Assembly: GCA_951406725.2 (NCBI GenBank)
Contig: OX597816.1
Location: forward strand, 145,576,001-145,640,000
Source of the DNA: Octopus vulgaris
Taxonomy: Eukaryota
Reading direction: 5' to 3'
Length of the DNA: 64,000 bases
The translations under genes and the position numbers were made by a program. Under the pieces are notes generated by a model that was given only the letters and a program-made list of their open reading frames with translations, ran no database searches and had not been told where the DNA came from. This document shows, in pieces, positions 26,450-40,866 of this stretch (positions within the stretch are counted from its first letter, which is position 1; the number at the start of each line of letters is the position of its first letter).

Positions 26450-28950
26450 GTGTTTACGTTTTGTGCTACTGTTGGTATGTAAAAAAGAAATATGCATGCA
26501 ATCCTATTTTATATTCAGCACAATAGTTTTCCAGTGTTTGATAAATTTTCAAAGTTATTTGTCTGTGTGTGCCAAAAAGCAGAATTAGCATACAACGTTT
26601 AAAGGAATTCAGATATATCCGAGTTTCAAACGTGAAGGATTTGATCTGAAATATTTTTCGTACGAGCAAGCTTGCAACATTAAATGATGTAACTATATAC
26701 TTCACCACACTATATTCTTCCGTTATGTACCATAAGGTTTTGCAAAAGAAACTCGATTAGAGTATTTTGGTGTTTTAAAAGACATACATATACAGTGGCA
26801 TTGTGTTTAATTCTCGATTTTTTTCTTTTAAGCGTGTAACATTTTGGTTTCAATTGTTGGCATTCACATTATTTTACGGTTTCAGTTCGGGAAAATTTCA
26901 AGCAGCGATGGAATTTAAAGGACTGCATCATAGTCGTGCAGTTATTTGGAATTATGACATGAGGTTTAGGCGAGACACACGTTTAAAATGGACAACGTAG
27001 GAGAGATTGGTGTATTGGGTAAGCTGAGACATAATTACTCTGTAACGAAATGGTTGGACGGATAAGAAGTTATCATAAATACACATGATGCGCCATGAAA
27101 AAACAATACTTTAGTTGGATTGCGGTTTTATGGTGATAGTGTTTGAATGATAGGCAATCAAACATACAACCACTTTCGGAGAGGAAGCTTATATATATAA
27201 CGTTTCTAGATGTGCGTGGAACCTAAATTAGATTGCATCAAGTTTGGGAGATACAATATCAAGTGCTATTTGGAGCTTAAATTACTTATAACTTTTGGTA
27301 AGGCGTTTTTGTAACTTAAGCAAGAGCTGTTTGCGAGAAGTAACGTATTGTTTGGTATTTATAATGATTTTGATGCGTTTAGTAGACTGCGGTCCATGCG
27401 TAGAGCATAGTATAAATCTATCTACTTGCTACAAAAAGAAGTATTGATAATGTAATGTTAGATTTTAAAAGGCACATTGGAGAGTGTGTCAAAAGATCTA
27501 TGGTATCCATGTCCTGATGACATACGGAGTATGCTTGTATATTTATTGCCAACAACAATTAGGTCATTGATATCTCGCATGAAAAGTGAACATTGAATAT
27601 TTTGTCCAAAACATGCCATTCTACTTCCCGAAGCATTTTGAAGAAAATCACGAATCAAATGCTTCTGCAAAGCTCTAGGAGGTTATTATTTTTTATTTTA
27701 CTTAGATTCAGTCCTCGAAATGGCTTTTTAAAATGCTTCTAAATTTGCCCTTTGTAGGTCGTTTATCTAATGTATCCTGTTATCATGTATTTCTTAGCAA
27801 TGTTTGTAGAATTCCCCTAATAATATCTCTTAAGTCTATGCATTGTAATTATACCATTTTAGGCAGGAATGCTTTTAAAGTGAAAACTTCAGCTATTTGT
27901 GTTGTTTCGTAATTAGATATGTTATTCCTGACTGTCTTCCAGATTATTTTAGTTGATACTCTATATCAGGCATCTTATATAAATTTTAATGTAGCCTCTT
28001 TGTAGAATATTTTATGTCAGTGAGTTTTGCTATTGATGTAACTCGATGTTGAAATTCCTTTGTAAATTTGCTATAGCAACGTCTAAACCACATTGGTGCA
28101 TAATAGCGTGCTTGTGTTTAAATAGTAGTAGTTGTTCTGTGGAATTATTTTAGCCTATTTCAGGCAAGTTGGATCATGTCAGAAAATACATTCTGCCTCT
28201 TCACAAATATCGCCAACTTCTAGTTTAGTCTCTTCTGAATATGGTGAGATGATACTTTCACTGCAGATTGCTTGCTATAATGGAAATATAACCTTTCACC
28301 TATATTATTTCATATAATGTTATAAATATTCTTGCTAAGAGGTTTAGTAAAATTAACAATACTATTAGTTTAAACAGCTATGAACCACATTTAATGCACC
28401 TTTACCTATGTACGTACTTTCTACATTTTGTAAATAAATTGCTATACAGCTTGTAACCTCGATCTCCCTCTCGTCAGTTATCATCCTATATTTAGTGTAT
28501 TTCATTCACTAAGGTACATATAACTTTTCTCAGTTCAGACCTCCTTAATTGTTACAAGGGCGATGCGCTTATAGGCCTTTACCTTATCAATGCATTAATA
28601 GTCTGTTTAGTGTGATATCATATATAACTCCTTTGTAAGAGATCCTTTCGAAATTTCAACAAATTACATTTATCTATCATAACGCTTTGTATTTTCTTAA
28701 AATTCTCTTTTACACTTGTCTACCTTGAATGTACATCGGAAAATTGTAAAAGGTGATAGGCGCCAATCAGCCGTTGGATCCTTCAAATAAAGTATTTTTG
28801 CCGATATTCTTTTAGCAATTTCGAGGGGAAAAAGTGAAACTAAGTGAATAATATTGTTCTTTAAGAATACAGTGTTAAGTAAAGTAATGGAATCGACGAT
28901 CTGGATACAAACACGCTGTTCGAATATCTTTTACATGCAAAACAAGTAGG
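26450..28950 (-). mobile_element. Possible very old RLE-type non-LTR retrotransposon
   Basis: Scattered, correctly ordered motif ghosts: KDP..DWR(P)IT ~28770, CIKCGS*LFKLI ~28390, SRLNL ~26970, KHNATV ~26800, SRLK(P)DI ~26625. Confidence 0.3.
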
Positions 28951-29984
28951 TTGTGTGCCTCGAAATAGGGCTCCTGATGGGAGGTAGGGAAAAATGAAAC
29001 ACATTCCAGAGGCCCAATTGACAAAGACACGACGTGAAGGGAAAACAAATATGTGGTCTATTAAGGACGAGCACCATTTAAATGATTCAAGATAGACACG
29101 TGTATTTTAGTGAGACATTGCGTATGGAAGTCGTATACATCAGACAATAAACTATAATGCCTATACGGCAGCAAAATAATTATCAAAGTAGGTGACTCAG
29201 CAAAGAGGAGATTCAATAGTCTTGAATTGCCAAACTACACGCAATTTCCCTTTATCTGACAAAACTGTTCTCTATCATACTGAGTTGCACTCTCAGATAC
29301 CAACTTGAGGAGGATACCGAAAATCGATAATTTTAGAACCTTGATTCCGTAAAGTAAAATATGTTTGCTAAGTTGATTGCAAATATGATGTCGCTTGTCT
29401 AATGTGTCGAATATAACAGAGCAAACTCCGTTAGATCTAAACAGCTTCCAAATGTATATTTCATAATGCGATGCTTTATGAAATATAACTGTCACATGTT
29501 GTCGTTTTATGCATTTATCAGAATAACACTTTCGACATATAAGCACATATAAGCTCTACTCACGCAGCCTTTTTTTATTCCGAATTCTTTTACTCCTCCA
29601 ATGAAGGGATTCTTTTAATCATTGTTCCGACATAAGTGGTTATTGTTTCGAACCGCTCTTTATCCTTAGGGTATGTTCCAAGTCAAAGCGTTGTTGCAGG
29701 CAATGGCTTTTTAGCAATTGCTTCAAAAATAACATGTATTCAGTCGCAACGTTCACGAAATATGATAGGAAAGAGAAATGTCTATGAACGTGAACGACAT
29801 CGCTACCATGCTGTCAAAAATCTTAACTATTGAGGCATCACTACCGTACTACAGCTATATGACTTGGTAAATACAGTACATTTCAAACAGCGGGTATTAG
29901 TAAGCTTGCATTTCGTATAGTTTGTGGTAAACGCTGTCATCTATCATATCTGTCCTGTTACGTTATTTGGACTATAGTTAGCTC

Positions 29985-30153
29985 AAGGCGGCGAGCTGGC
30001 AGAGACGTTAGCACGCTGGGCGAAGTGCTTCACGGTATTTCGCCCGTCGCTACGTTCTGAGTTCAAATTCCGCCGAGGTCGACTTTGCCTTTCATCCTTT
30101 CGGGGTCGATAAATTAAGTACCAGTTTAGCCCCTTGTGGGTAGTAAAGAAACA
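29985..30153 (+). mobile_element. SINE family A, internally deleted, 12-bp TSD
   Basis: Full head with gagttcaaattcc B box; TSD tatagttagctc at 29973-29984 and 30154-30165. Confidence 0.9.
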
Positions 30154-30619
30154 TATAGTTAGCTCCAAACCTCAATGTCTAAAGTATCAAGGACTAAGTT
30201 ATGAGCAGTATCGTCTGCATTACATGTAAATGGGCTGAGTATTAGACATAATTAAAAATACTTATATTGCCACCTAGTATATGATCATTTGTCCATCCAA
30301 TTTTGTCAGGTATTATGACACTTTTTCTTGTATTTTTTCAGCTTCAAGACAAAATATCTTCTTTGTTTTGCTTACGTTTTGTGGCTACCTGTAACCGTTT
30401 TCTTTGATTCTGAGTTAAAGATTGCTGTAGACCTATGTTGGGTATTTTCTAGTAGTTTTCTCACTGCATTATGTCTTTCAATTTGTTCTATTATAACATT
30501 TCTATGTCAGATTATAGGTGGTGTATTCTTAATTCTGAAATTATTTTTCTTGTTTTTCTGTCTAGTTTAGTTTGTTCATTTAGTGTCCAGTTACAAATAT
30601 AATAACTGTATCTTATAAC

Positions 30620-31480
30620 TGGGACAGCTAGACTATTGATACCTGTTATCTTGTTTTTGTCATTGATCTCTGTTTTAGGTATTAATCTAATTCATCAACA
30701 ATAATTCTTCTTTATCATCTTTCATTTTTGTGTGTGTTGTACTCTATCTAGGTTATTGATTCCTAAGTATTTATATGTCTGATCTTTGTCTAGTTCTCTT
30801 ATTTGATATTCTTTATCTACTGTGATATTGTTATTCTTAATTAGCTTTCCTCTTTTCAAAGTTGCCTTGGCATTATTTTTCTTGGCCGAATTTCATATTT
30901 ATTTCTTTGGTAAATTCATGCACTGTATGTAGTATTCAGCTAGAGATCATTCGCGTTCAAGAGATAGTAGATGGTTTTAGTAGATAGTAGTTATATTTAC
31001 ATCTAGTTCTGTTTAGCATGCCAGTTAAAGACGTCGGTGTCAGAACGAAAAGGAGTGGAGAGAGTCAGGCTCCTCTTCTAATGGGGATGACTACATTTTA
31101 TAATTACCTCTTTTGTCTGATGGCTATTCATAAAATGTTTTATAAATATTCTTATTGTTGGTGCTAACATGATCAGGACTATTGTTTCAATGATCCATGT
31201 GTAAGCGATACTGTCCAAAGCCTTCCAGTAAATGATAGAAGCCAAGCCTCGACCCTTCTTTTTGTTTTGGAAATTTTCAGTTTTGGCTTTGTTGATGAAT
31301 AACTGATATTTAAAATCATATGAGCCATTGCAAGGACCCATCTGCTCTTCTGGAAACAGGTTGTTCTCTTCTAGATGTTTGCCCATACTCTACGATATTA
31401 TTGAAAGTAAGGCCTGGTAAGTTGTAAAGAGACATTGTATAGGTCTGTACTTTCAGAAGATTTAGGAATTAGGATCGCTT
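30620..31480 (-). mobile_element. Decayed R4/Dong-clade RT fragment
   Basis: HLEENNLFPEEQMG..GSYDFKYQLFINK..WKALDSIAYTWII, MKFG and TYKYLGI motifs. Confidence 0.8.
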
Positions 31481-31748
31481 TCCTTTCTGTTAGCCACTCG
31501 AGAGCGATTATTTTGTCGAGCTACTCTGTCATGCAATGTTATTATTATTATTATTATTATTAAAGCTTCTCGGATAGTTCTTAATTATCGTACTTGAATA
31601 CAGGCAACAACAAATCAACAAAGGATTTAAGAGTGCCTTCTCCTGTGACTTAAAGAGACAATAATCTCCTAAGAATGCGAGTTGTACACAAATGCGAGTT
31701 GTACATGGCAGAAGCCATGAGAGCCGCTGTCTGGTACTGCATCAGGGC

Positions 31749-31783
<35 letters not shown>

Positions 31784-31837
31784 GTATTAGTATTGTTATT
31801 ATTAGCATTATTATCATCATCATCATAATCATTTATA

Positions 31838-31975
31838 TCGCTTCAAATTCTGTCGAGGTCAACTTACCTTTCATCATTTCTAGGTCGATAAAATTAAGGT
31901 ACCATTCATGCACATGGGTCGACGTAATTGACTAATCACCTTCCTTTATAATTGCTGGCTTGCGCCAAAATTTGC
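31838..31975 (+). mobile_element. Degenerate SINE family A
   Basis: ttcaaattctgtcgaggtcaacttacctttcat..ggtcgataaaattaaggtacca..gggtcgacgtaattgact. Confidence 0.7.
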
Positions 31976-34900
31976 AACATCATAATTGCTGTCATGTTAA
32001 GATGTCTTTTGTTGCTTTTGATATATAAGACAGTTTTGTTGATTCACTGTCTTGAAACAGATCAATTTACTCGTTCTTCCTGATTGAGGAGAAAGATTGG
32101 TTTTTGTTTCAGACATTTAGTTTTCGAGAACATCTAAATGATTACAATTGCAGCGTGGCTATGCGAGTACATCTCCTAAATGATTACGTCCAAAAGAAAT
32201 GCTGGGTGATATGCCCCAAATTAAAATTTCGAATATTTAAAAAGAAAAACATCATTTACTTTTGAATCGAAATAAGTGGAAAATATCTTTCTTCGTTACC
32301 AAAACAATCATAGGAATATATTAACATAATGAATTTTTTAAATGGATATGTTATTTGCTTTAATGTAGCATAGACGAACTTCACCGATTGAATGTGACCT
32401 GCATTTAGTAACATCTTAGAAGCTTTCGCCTTTAATCAAATCTACTCACACAAATATTGAATGAGTGTGATTTCTCGCTAATAAGGCCAGCTATAAAAAC
32501 GCTAAGCGCTATTAAGCATGGAAAATGCTGTATTTCCTGATCAACATATCAAGTAGCGAGAATAAGAAAATCTTTTCGACTATTGCAATCTTATTAAATC
32601 TTTCTTTGTGCTAAGGCAGTTACTGTTAATAGTAGCGTTTTCGCTGCGTAAAACTAAATTGTTATAATATAGTGGAGCAAGCCGTACTGCCTTCGATATA
32701 TCTTTTTCTGGTTTCAAGATGAAGCAATGAAACGGTATAGCTTCGTGGCTAAACTCTTGTGGTAGGAATTCATCTTTTCGCAATAGCTGCATAAGTATTG
32801 TAATACATAAATTTGGTGTCCTCCATTTCTTCTACACTGGCTTGTAAAATCAGAATCGGAAAACACCAGGAAATATTCAATGATATTCTGAACGTACAGA
32901 GGATAGTAGATACAAGGGTAAATGAATGGTCAAATTGTTTTCCCATATTTAGTTATAAAAGCCTTATTTCTGAGGTCAAATCCCATAAGGGTGGATATTG
33001 ATTTTCATCATTCGAGGTCGATAAAACCGATTTAATCGTCTGTGCCCTCAGTTAAACATTTGTTTTAGAAATCATTAATGTTCTTAGTATTGACTTTTAG
33101 TCTACTTACTGTTTTGATCTCTTACCGAAATTACCTTTTGCTATGATCGATCATGGCGTTGTTTTCGGATACAAACAAAAAATGGCTGCTTCTATAGCAG
33201 GAGTGAATATATTTACATCTACATTTACATCTTTTTCACGTTCTTACATGGTAACTACACTTACGAGAATAAACACGCACACGAAAGCATATAATATATA
33301 CTAGTGTATGTGTGGATGTCGATGTGTGCGTATATACGTATATATATATATAGTCACTCACAAACACTCACTCATACACAGATGTATGTATTTATGTATT
33401 TGTGTATTACACGTTTGCTTTCATCTTCCAACACCAAAGTGATATAAAGTTACAAATAACGTCAACGTAGTTTGCATTTTTATTTCGTATTCAGTAATTG
33501 TTACTCGCTACGAAGACGTGTGAAATAGCTTGCAAGCAAGCTTGACAACAAACGAAGCGATATTTTTCCATTGCATTGTGATACTGGTTAGTTCCTTTTA
33601 TCTACACACACACACACACAGAGTCTCTCTTTCCCAATCTCAAACACTTTTCCATACACTTTCTCCTTTTTCCAATTCACAAAATTAGCTGCTGTCATTT
33701 CTAACAGAATCTTGTCTACGTATATGTCAAATGTAATGTTATATAACTTTTGTAATTTGAAGACAAAGTCTACCTGTGCTTGTAACTAAGAAAAGAATGC
33801 ATGTATTTTTAATGTCGTTCGGTATTGAAGACGAGATGCCGTACGATAATTTCAGCCAGCATTGCACGAAACAAAGAATACCTCAAGAAATAATCACTAT
33901 TGTTCTGTAAAACTTTGATTTTGATCTGCTGTAATATGCACTTTCTAACCATAGTTGAAATTCTAATTAAAATGTTATTGACCATTTCGTATGGTCAAAA
34001 ACAAATTTTCAAAATTATTTCGTATATTTAAAAAAACTTGACGTTATCAAGCACACACTAATAAAACCTTTTTGTTTTTAAAATTATTTTAGTGACAGTA
34101 TGTATTATTGACATTAGATGTTTTTCTTCGGAAAGTCATCCAGTGTCTCTGATGAGAGACATGTACTTCCTCAATCTTCCTCAAATCTTGCAAGATGGTG
34201 TTCGCGGGTTAAAAATGCCAGTGCATGCTCAACCAGTTGATGACGGTGATTGTTGATATTACTATTAGTAGTATAATTACTACTTCATAATTTTATTTTA
34301 TCAATATATTTATAAGATTACATAGTGCTTACAATTATTATTACATTTTCTAGTATGATGGAAGGAGGAAGGATCGGGCTCCGGTATGTGTATATGTGTG
34401 TATATTCAGGTACAGCCACGTTTCTATGGGATAGCTGTGGTCATAATAGCCTTCCTCTTTCCATCTCACCCCGCTCCTCTCGCAATCACACGCATTCGAT
34501 ATCCTACGTAAACCCATGCTCTACATTCGTAAATGCACGTTTTACATTCTGCAGCAATAATCAGATTGTATGTAACTTGAAAACGGGTGAGCATAATGAC
34601 ATGAAATCTTCTGCATCTCGTATTTTTGCTGTTAATGCTGAGGACGTGAGTCGAATCTATTGCGTTGCGTAATTAAGCCAACCGGCTAACGTATGAACGG
34701 CCGTCGGCTTCTTTCAGATAATTTAAAGTATAAACCACGGTTAAATTTTCTGTATTCATTTGTTTGTATATGGTGGTTCGGAGTTTTGCGCACTAAAGTG
34801 GGAACCAGTAATATTTAGTGTGCTGTTAATTAAAATACATAGGAACCAACGTTACATAAAATAGTGTATTTTTTCTGACGAAGTGGATAATTTGTTCTCA

Positions 34901-37299
34901 TCAAACAGTATGAAGTGCGGAACTTCTGTATCAGCTTCCGCGTTAAATTATATAGAATGTTTATAATTTTTTATTATATCTTTGTTTAAAACATAAACTT
35001 AGGGATGGTATATGATGTATATGTGGATTATATGATAGCATTTTGTGCAGATTTTATGAATTTTTTTACAATAAACGGATACTTTCCTTAATTTCCTTGC
35101 TTCTGTTATATTGACTATTTCTTCATTTTCCTAGTTTATTCCAAACTAAATTTGTGGTTGCAATTAATAATGCTGCTGAAAAAGTATGTTATCATCTTCT
35201 GAAATTTGTGATATTGGTTACCAATGTTAAAAAAACATAAATGAAACGATATGTACATGTTTTCTGCAGCATTGCTTGGTTTTAATAATTAGGATGCATA
35301 TTTTTAATAACACAGGAAATTAAAAACGACACCAGACTCTTTATAATTTAAAATTTAGCTACTTAATTGTTACTAAATGAAGGGTATGCTGCTAGTATTC
35401 AGTATGAAAAATATTTCTTCACACGTTTGCGTTGTTTATGGACATGAAAATGAAAATAAATAGTTGTGTATGCGTATAAAGTAGTACTTTATATACATAT
35501 ACACACACTCATAAATATATGTATATATATATATATACGTATACACACATACTCATACACAACCTTATATATATAGTACTATTCTGCCATCTCTTCATCT
35601 TAACTATGAGCTTTAAATTCTGCAATGCTTAGATATTTAATTATTCATAGTTTTCTCTTACAGTGCTCAAAGTTCGACTTCTATTCATCGGATACTGAAA
35701 ATTGTTGAATTGTTATGCATGTTCATCATTTACACATTTTTCTTTGTTCATAGTTTTCTAATCCCACACGTTACATAGCATAGCATGATGTTACATATTA
35801 TAGCAATCTACGGTTGCTGAGTTAAAAAATGTCGCATGGGCAACTAAAAGGACCAACCACAGAATGTCAAGTTATCTGAGATCATCTACTGTCTTTAATC
35901 CCCATCGAAACGAATTAAGATATAATTTCCAAACAGTGGCGAAATGCGACTGGCCAATAACTAGTACACCTCAAATGCTTCAAAAGAGAGAAGCGACGTT
36001 GTTGCTTGCGAATTAGAATAAAACTTATCAGTTGACATTCGTATCTGATTTCACCCATGTTATATAAAATTCAAACAAAAATACAGGTTGTATGAGGCGA
36101 TGAAAGATATACACAGCTCTTGAGAAGCATGTATTAAGTTCACTTGAACTATCTTTAATTTGGATGAATTGAAGTGAGATTACATGTCTAAAGGAAGCAG
36201 CTTGATACCGGTCGCAACTGAAATAAATCCAACCGTTCTAATTATTAAAAAAAGCCTTCTTGCCGTGTATACGGATTTGTCACCACAATGGCCTACGTGC
36301 GGAGGACGTTGTATTTTATAAAATTATAAAAATAACTTACACTAAATTCTTTCTCTTCCAAAATGTTTCTTTTAGTTCCATTAGGAACATCTAAATTTGA
36401 AAACAGACGTCATTATTTAAAGTTTCAAATATCAAATAGGTTGAGCATGCAGCACATCGTATTGGGATATTGTATCAATTTTAATCTCACTCAGTCCTGC
36501 TGCACTCTGCATGTTTCCTCAGACTATATCATATTTTCACTGCCATTATTCTGTTCCGATTGTACTACTTTGAATGGTGTTTATTTTTTAAAAGAAACTC
36601 CTTACAGAAACACATTTGTTAAATGCTACATGGGTGATACAACGTAACGCAATTCTAATTACATCAATATCTGACACTTCGTAAACATCTTATTGCATAA
36701 GAAGTTTCTTTTGTAGCTGTCCTCGTCGTGTATTTGGAGCATGAGTGTTCTTACATCAGCACAATGAGAATAAAGTATAACACCACAAAACGGTTACAAA
36801 TAGCAATAGAGTAGGTGGATAACTATGTCTCTGTCAAGTACAAGAGGTGACGTATGAATGTCATATAATACACAATGAATTTAATTTCCATGGGTTTAAA
36901 ACAAGTAAACAATGATTTATATCGTCTCCGAATTATGCAAAGTTTTACTTTGCTCCTTTAAAATATTTAGTAAAGAACAAAACAGTGAAACCATTCATCA
37001 ATGTTATCTATTACATGCAGTAAAGCCAATAGAAACGGGAACTAAATCAAGTACAGGATACATTTTACGAAAGTAACGCATTAATATTACGAATTTCAAG
37101 AAAATAAATAAGTATGTATGTTTGTCTATATGTATGTATGTATGTATATATGTATGTATGTATGTATGTGCAGATTTGTAAGTTTTATATAAGTATTCTC
37201 ATGCACGTAGTTGCATATCTAGACATGCTCATATATATTTAAATGGTAAACTTCTGGAAAGTTTTATTAATTTTTACTGTTCCAGTGATGGGTTGAATC

Positions 37300-38195
37300 T
37301 GTAGTCATCGAATTAGCTTTCTCCTTCCTGGTTTTGAAAAGCCTAATTTCTCAAGATTGGTATTTAGGTAGTGTGTTACATATCACAAGGCCACAATTAT
37401 TACAGGTATAAACCTGAACTTGTAATCTGGATAGAGTAACTGCAGATTTCTCAATAGTTCAGCATAGATGTTCTCTTTTCCCACTGATCTTCAGCTTAAT
37501 GTTAACATCCGTCGGGCAGCTAATTTCCACAACTGTACACGGTTTCTCTTCTCTATCCGAAATCATTATATCAGGTCTGTTGTGCTTACATTTTATTGAG
37601 GTCTTCACTGGGACATTCCACCAGTATTCCTTTTTATTATGAATGGCTATGGCTTCTACTGTATTGTGGGTTCTTATTTCTTTGCCCTCAGCATTATCTT
37701 TCTGACGATTTTATTATAGAGTGTCCTCGCCGCAACGTCATGTCTCATCGCTAGACAATACCGTCATGACATTTTCGAACAATTGCTTGTGATGTCGGTG
37801 ATATCTTCAGTGCGAACTCCACAAAGTTTGCATACGTTGCTCCATTTTACTGCTTTTCCTGCATCCTTATCCCTTTTGTGCATCAGGCACCTGGTTGATA
37901 TTTCCTGTTCCTGGATTTCGAACGCATACCCTTCAAAGTGAGAGGTAGCAATCCGGCTATTGGTCCATATTAAACTGCTTTGATCATCGATGTTACTATC
38001 ATCACGGAGCTTTCTACTAACATATCCATACATAGTCTGCTGCTCATATAGGCTCATCCTTTCATCTGATGATACGTCGTGTGACTTCTTTGAGCACGTA
38101 TTCGAGGTAATCAGAAAAAGAGTGTTGTTCAAGGAGCTGCGTTCCGAGCCTGATGATGTTATGAGCCTCATGCATGCAAAATTGGTCAAGGGTTG
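37300..38195 (-). mobile_element. R4/Dong-clade 3' fragment: zinc knuckle + restriction-like endonuclease
   Basis: EGYAFEIQEQEISTR..CKLCG..EDITDITSNC..RHD..WWNVPVKT..HNRPDI..VVEISCP..FIPVII. Confidence 0.85.
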
Positions 38196-38204
38196 TAAGT
38201 ATGT

Positions 38205-38285
38205 TTGTATGCATGTATGTATGTATGTATGTATGTATGTATGTATGTATGTATGTATGTATGTATGTATGTATGCATGCATGCA
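38205..38285. repeat. (TATG)n microsatellite
   Basis: Direct inspection. Confidence 0.95.
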
Positions 38286-40251
38286 TGTGTTTATATGAAA
38301 ACATAAATATATCTGAACATACATGTATATGTGTTTATACGTATAAGCTTACATGTGCATAATACAGACACACACACACGCACACACACACTGATATGCA
38401 CATGCATATACATGAGTACACACACACACTTACGTATAAATACATACATATATTCAGACGCACGCCGCGAATATAGCGCCATTGTTTCCGCATGTTGTGT
38501 CAAAAGCTTGTCGTAAATTTTCAGTAGTATATCTCTCTCAGTATGTAATTATTGACGCTGTTATCTGTAAAAAGCCAACGCACTATTTCTCTACATTCGA
38601 TAATAAAATCTTCTGATAAATGTTCACATGTGTTCCTCAGTTACTTCCACACGCAGTCCTAGAAACATATTGTCATTCATCACCTCAACCATTCGCCACC
38701 ACAGACCAGCCCAACCACCTACAGCCCGCGAGAAGCTCATAGATCAAATATAAATATTAATATGTTTTACTATATCTGTTAGTATGATAAATCTACTGCA
38801 CTTTCCTATGGTTAGCTAAATCGTCAAAAATTGAATTTGTTAGAAACTTCATATTTTATACATAACATTTCACAAATATTCGGTTTCATTATTTATAGAA
38901 AAAGCGTCATGTACAAGTTTTGAGCACTCAAATCGAAATGCACACACTGTCGCATCTCAAAGTTAAACCACCACCAGTTTTTTGCACGTATATGTATATA
39001 CGTATATATTCGTTTATATATGTATATATATTATTCACATACACACACACACACACATATCTGTGCGTGCCAGCTTTTGCGTATTAAACAATAGTCAGAA
39101 CGTTTGGAGGCATACATCACACTCTTGTATACGCTTCGTAAACTCCTAGCTCTATTTCTGCATGTGCTCCGTACATATTACGTGCGGATATATATGTGTG
39201 TGTATATATATATGTGTGTATGTATATATATATATATATATATAAAGAGAGAAAGAGGGAGAGAAAGAGAGAGATATGATCATGTATAGATATAAATTTA
39301 TAAATATATTTACATATTTCTATACCTAAAGTCATATACACCTGTGTATACACACATCTATATGTTTGCATTATCCACATATTTCTAACAGAATATTTTG
39401 CTGCGATATGCACCACAAATCTTTCGTTTCACTTATAGTAGATGCTGGCTTATTTTCTCATTTTATTCTTTGCTCTTCCCTAAACCCATTTCGTTCGCAT
39501 GCTGAAGCGGAAAACCTACTGGTTCTATACGAGCTCTCTGCCCTCTCAGTCTCCCTCTCTCATATCATAGAGCGCTCTTCATCGCAGAAGCAGAAAGTCA
39601 TTTAGCTTTGCAGCAGTTACAGACTGCATACATATCCGCATATCAGCGGAGACGTTTGTTTCTTTATCCTTCGATTCAGTTAACCCAGAAGTTATGATTT
39701 ATATGTTTATGGACGCTAAGCATTCCAAGCTGTGTTTTATATAGTTCCATTTAAGCGCATTTTCTGCTGTTTTCATTGACTCACATAAAGTAATATAACT
39801 TGCCATTTTGTAATTCATAATAATATTATCATTTGATATATGCGCGCATTTATGTTCTTTTACAAATTTTTAAGGTGTTCCTCATATCAAGTAAAATCAA
39901 ACCTATTTTTAGAGTTCTTAAATTTAGCGAAGTTGTTGCTTTCAGTGAAATGTGAACATAATATTTACAGAATTTTAGTTTGGTAACTATGGCATTAGGA
40001 AATTTCTATGGCACAGCATATTGTTTTGTGTTTTTGGAAAGTTATATGAGAGTTAAAATGTAGTGGCACATACGTCTTAAAAGATTTTTCCAGTTTCTCC
40101 GAATCATTCTAAGGCATGGAATATTACGTGTGTATAAGGTTTTCCGAATGCTCAATGTGATATAGGCCTATGCTGATAATGTATTTGCAACATCCTTAGT
40201 GTTCCTATCCCCTGACAGGCTCTACATATATGCGCACACACACAGAGACAC

Positions 40252-40327
<76 letters not shown>

Positions 40328-40404
40328 ATAAATATTAGGGAATGAATCCAAAATTACAGGGAAAAATCAGATTTAGGGTTAAATTCAATTTTATAGTTAA
40401 ATAT

Positions 40405-40580
40405 TATATAATATAATTCGAGACAAAACCACTATTTTAAAACCAAACAAGGAAAGACTTAATCAATACATAAAATTTTAATATAAATTAAATAAATAAA
40501 ATAAATAATTTATATTAAAATTTTATGTATTGATTAAGTCTTTCCTTGTTTGGTTTTAAAATAGTGGTTTTGTCTCGAAT

Positions 40581-40591
<11 letters not shown>
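40405..40591. repeat. Perfect 86-bp inverted repeat with 15-nt spacer, within a ~270-bp insert in (TA)n
   Basis: 40405-40490 is the exact reverse complement of 40506-40591. Confidence 0.95.
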
Positions 40592-40635
<44 letters not shown>

Positions 40636-40823
40636 AGCATGTGTATTCAAGCATGTGTGCATGTGTGTGTATTGTGTGTGTATATATATATGTGTGTGTA
40701 TATATATATACACACACACACACGTATATAAGAGATGGAGTTGGAAATAGCATAGAAGTAAGTGTAAAGCATTTCAATTTAAGAAGGAATTTAATAAAAA
40801 TGATTTTAAAATTATATAAAGAA

Positions 40824-40866
40824 AATATTACCGGTTTCGATGATGAGTCTCATCTTATCAAACATC
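40824..40866 (-). ncRNA. Degenerate minimal hammerhead-like motif
   Basis: GAUGU-UUGAUAA-GAUGA(gacuca)UCAUC-GAAA-CCGG-UA^AUAUU; the core has U3/A8 instead of C3/G8. Confidence 0.5.

Noticed and set aside
34143-34165. CTGATGAG motif in tgtctct-gatg-agagaca
   Set aside because: A short palindrome with no downstream stem II-GAAA.
34370-34720. CpG-richer unique patch with a 115-aa ORF; possible promoter or exon
   Set aside because: No recognisable protein motif or splice pattern, so it cannot be supported from sequence.
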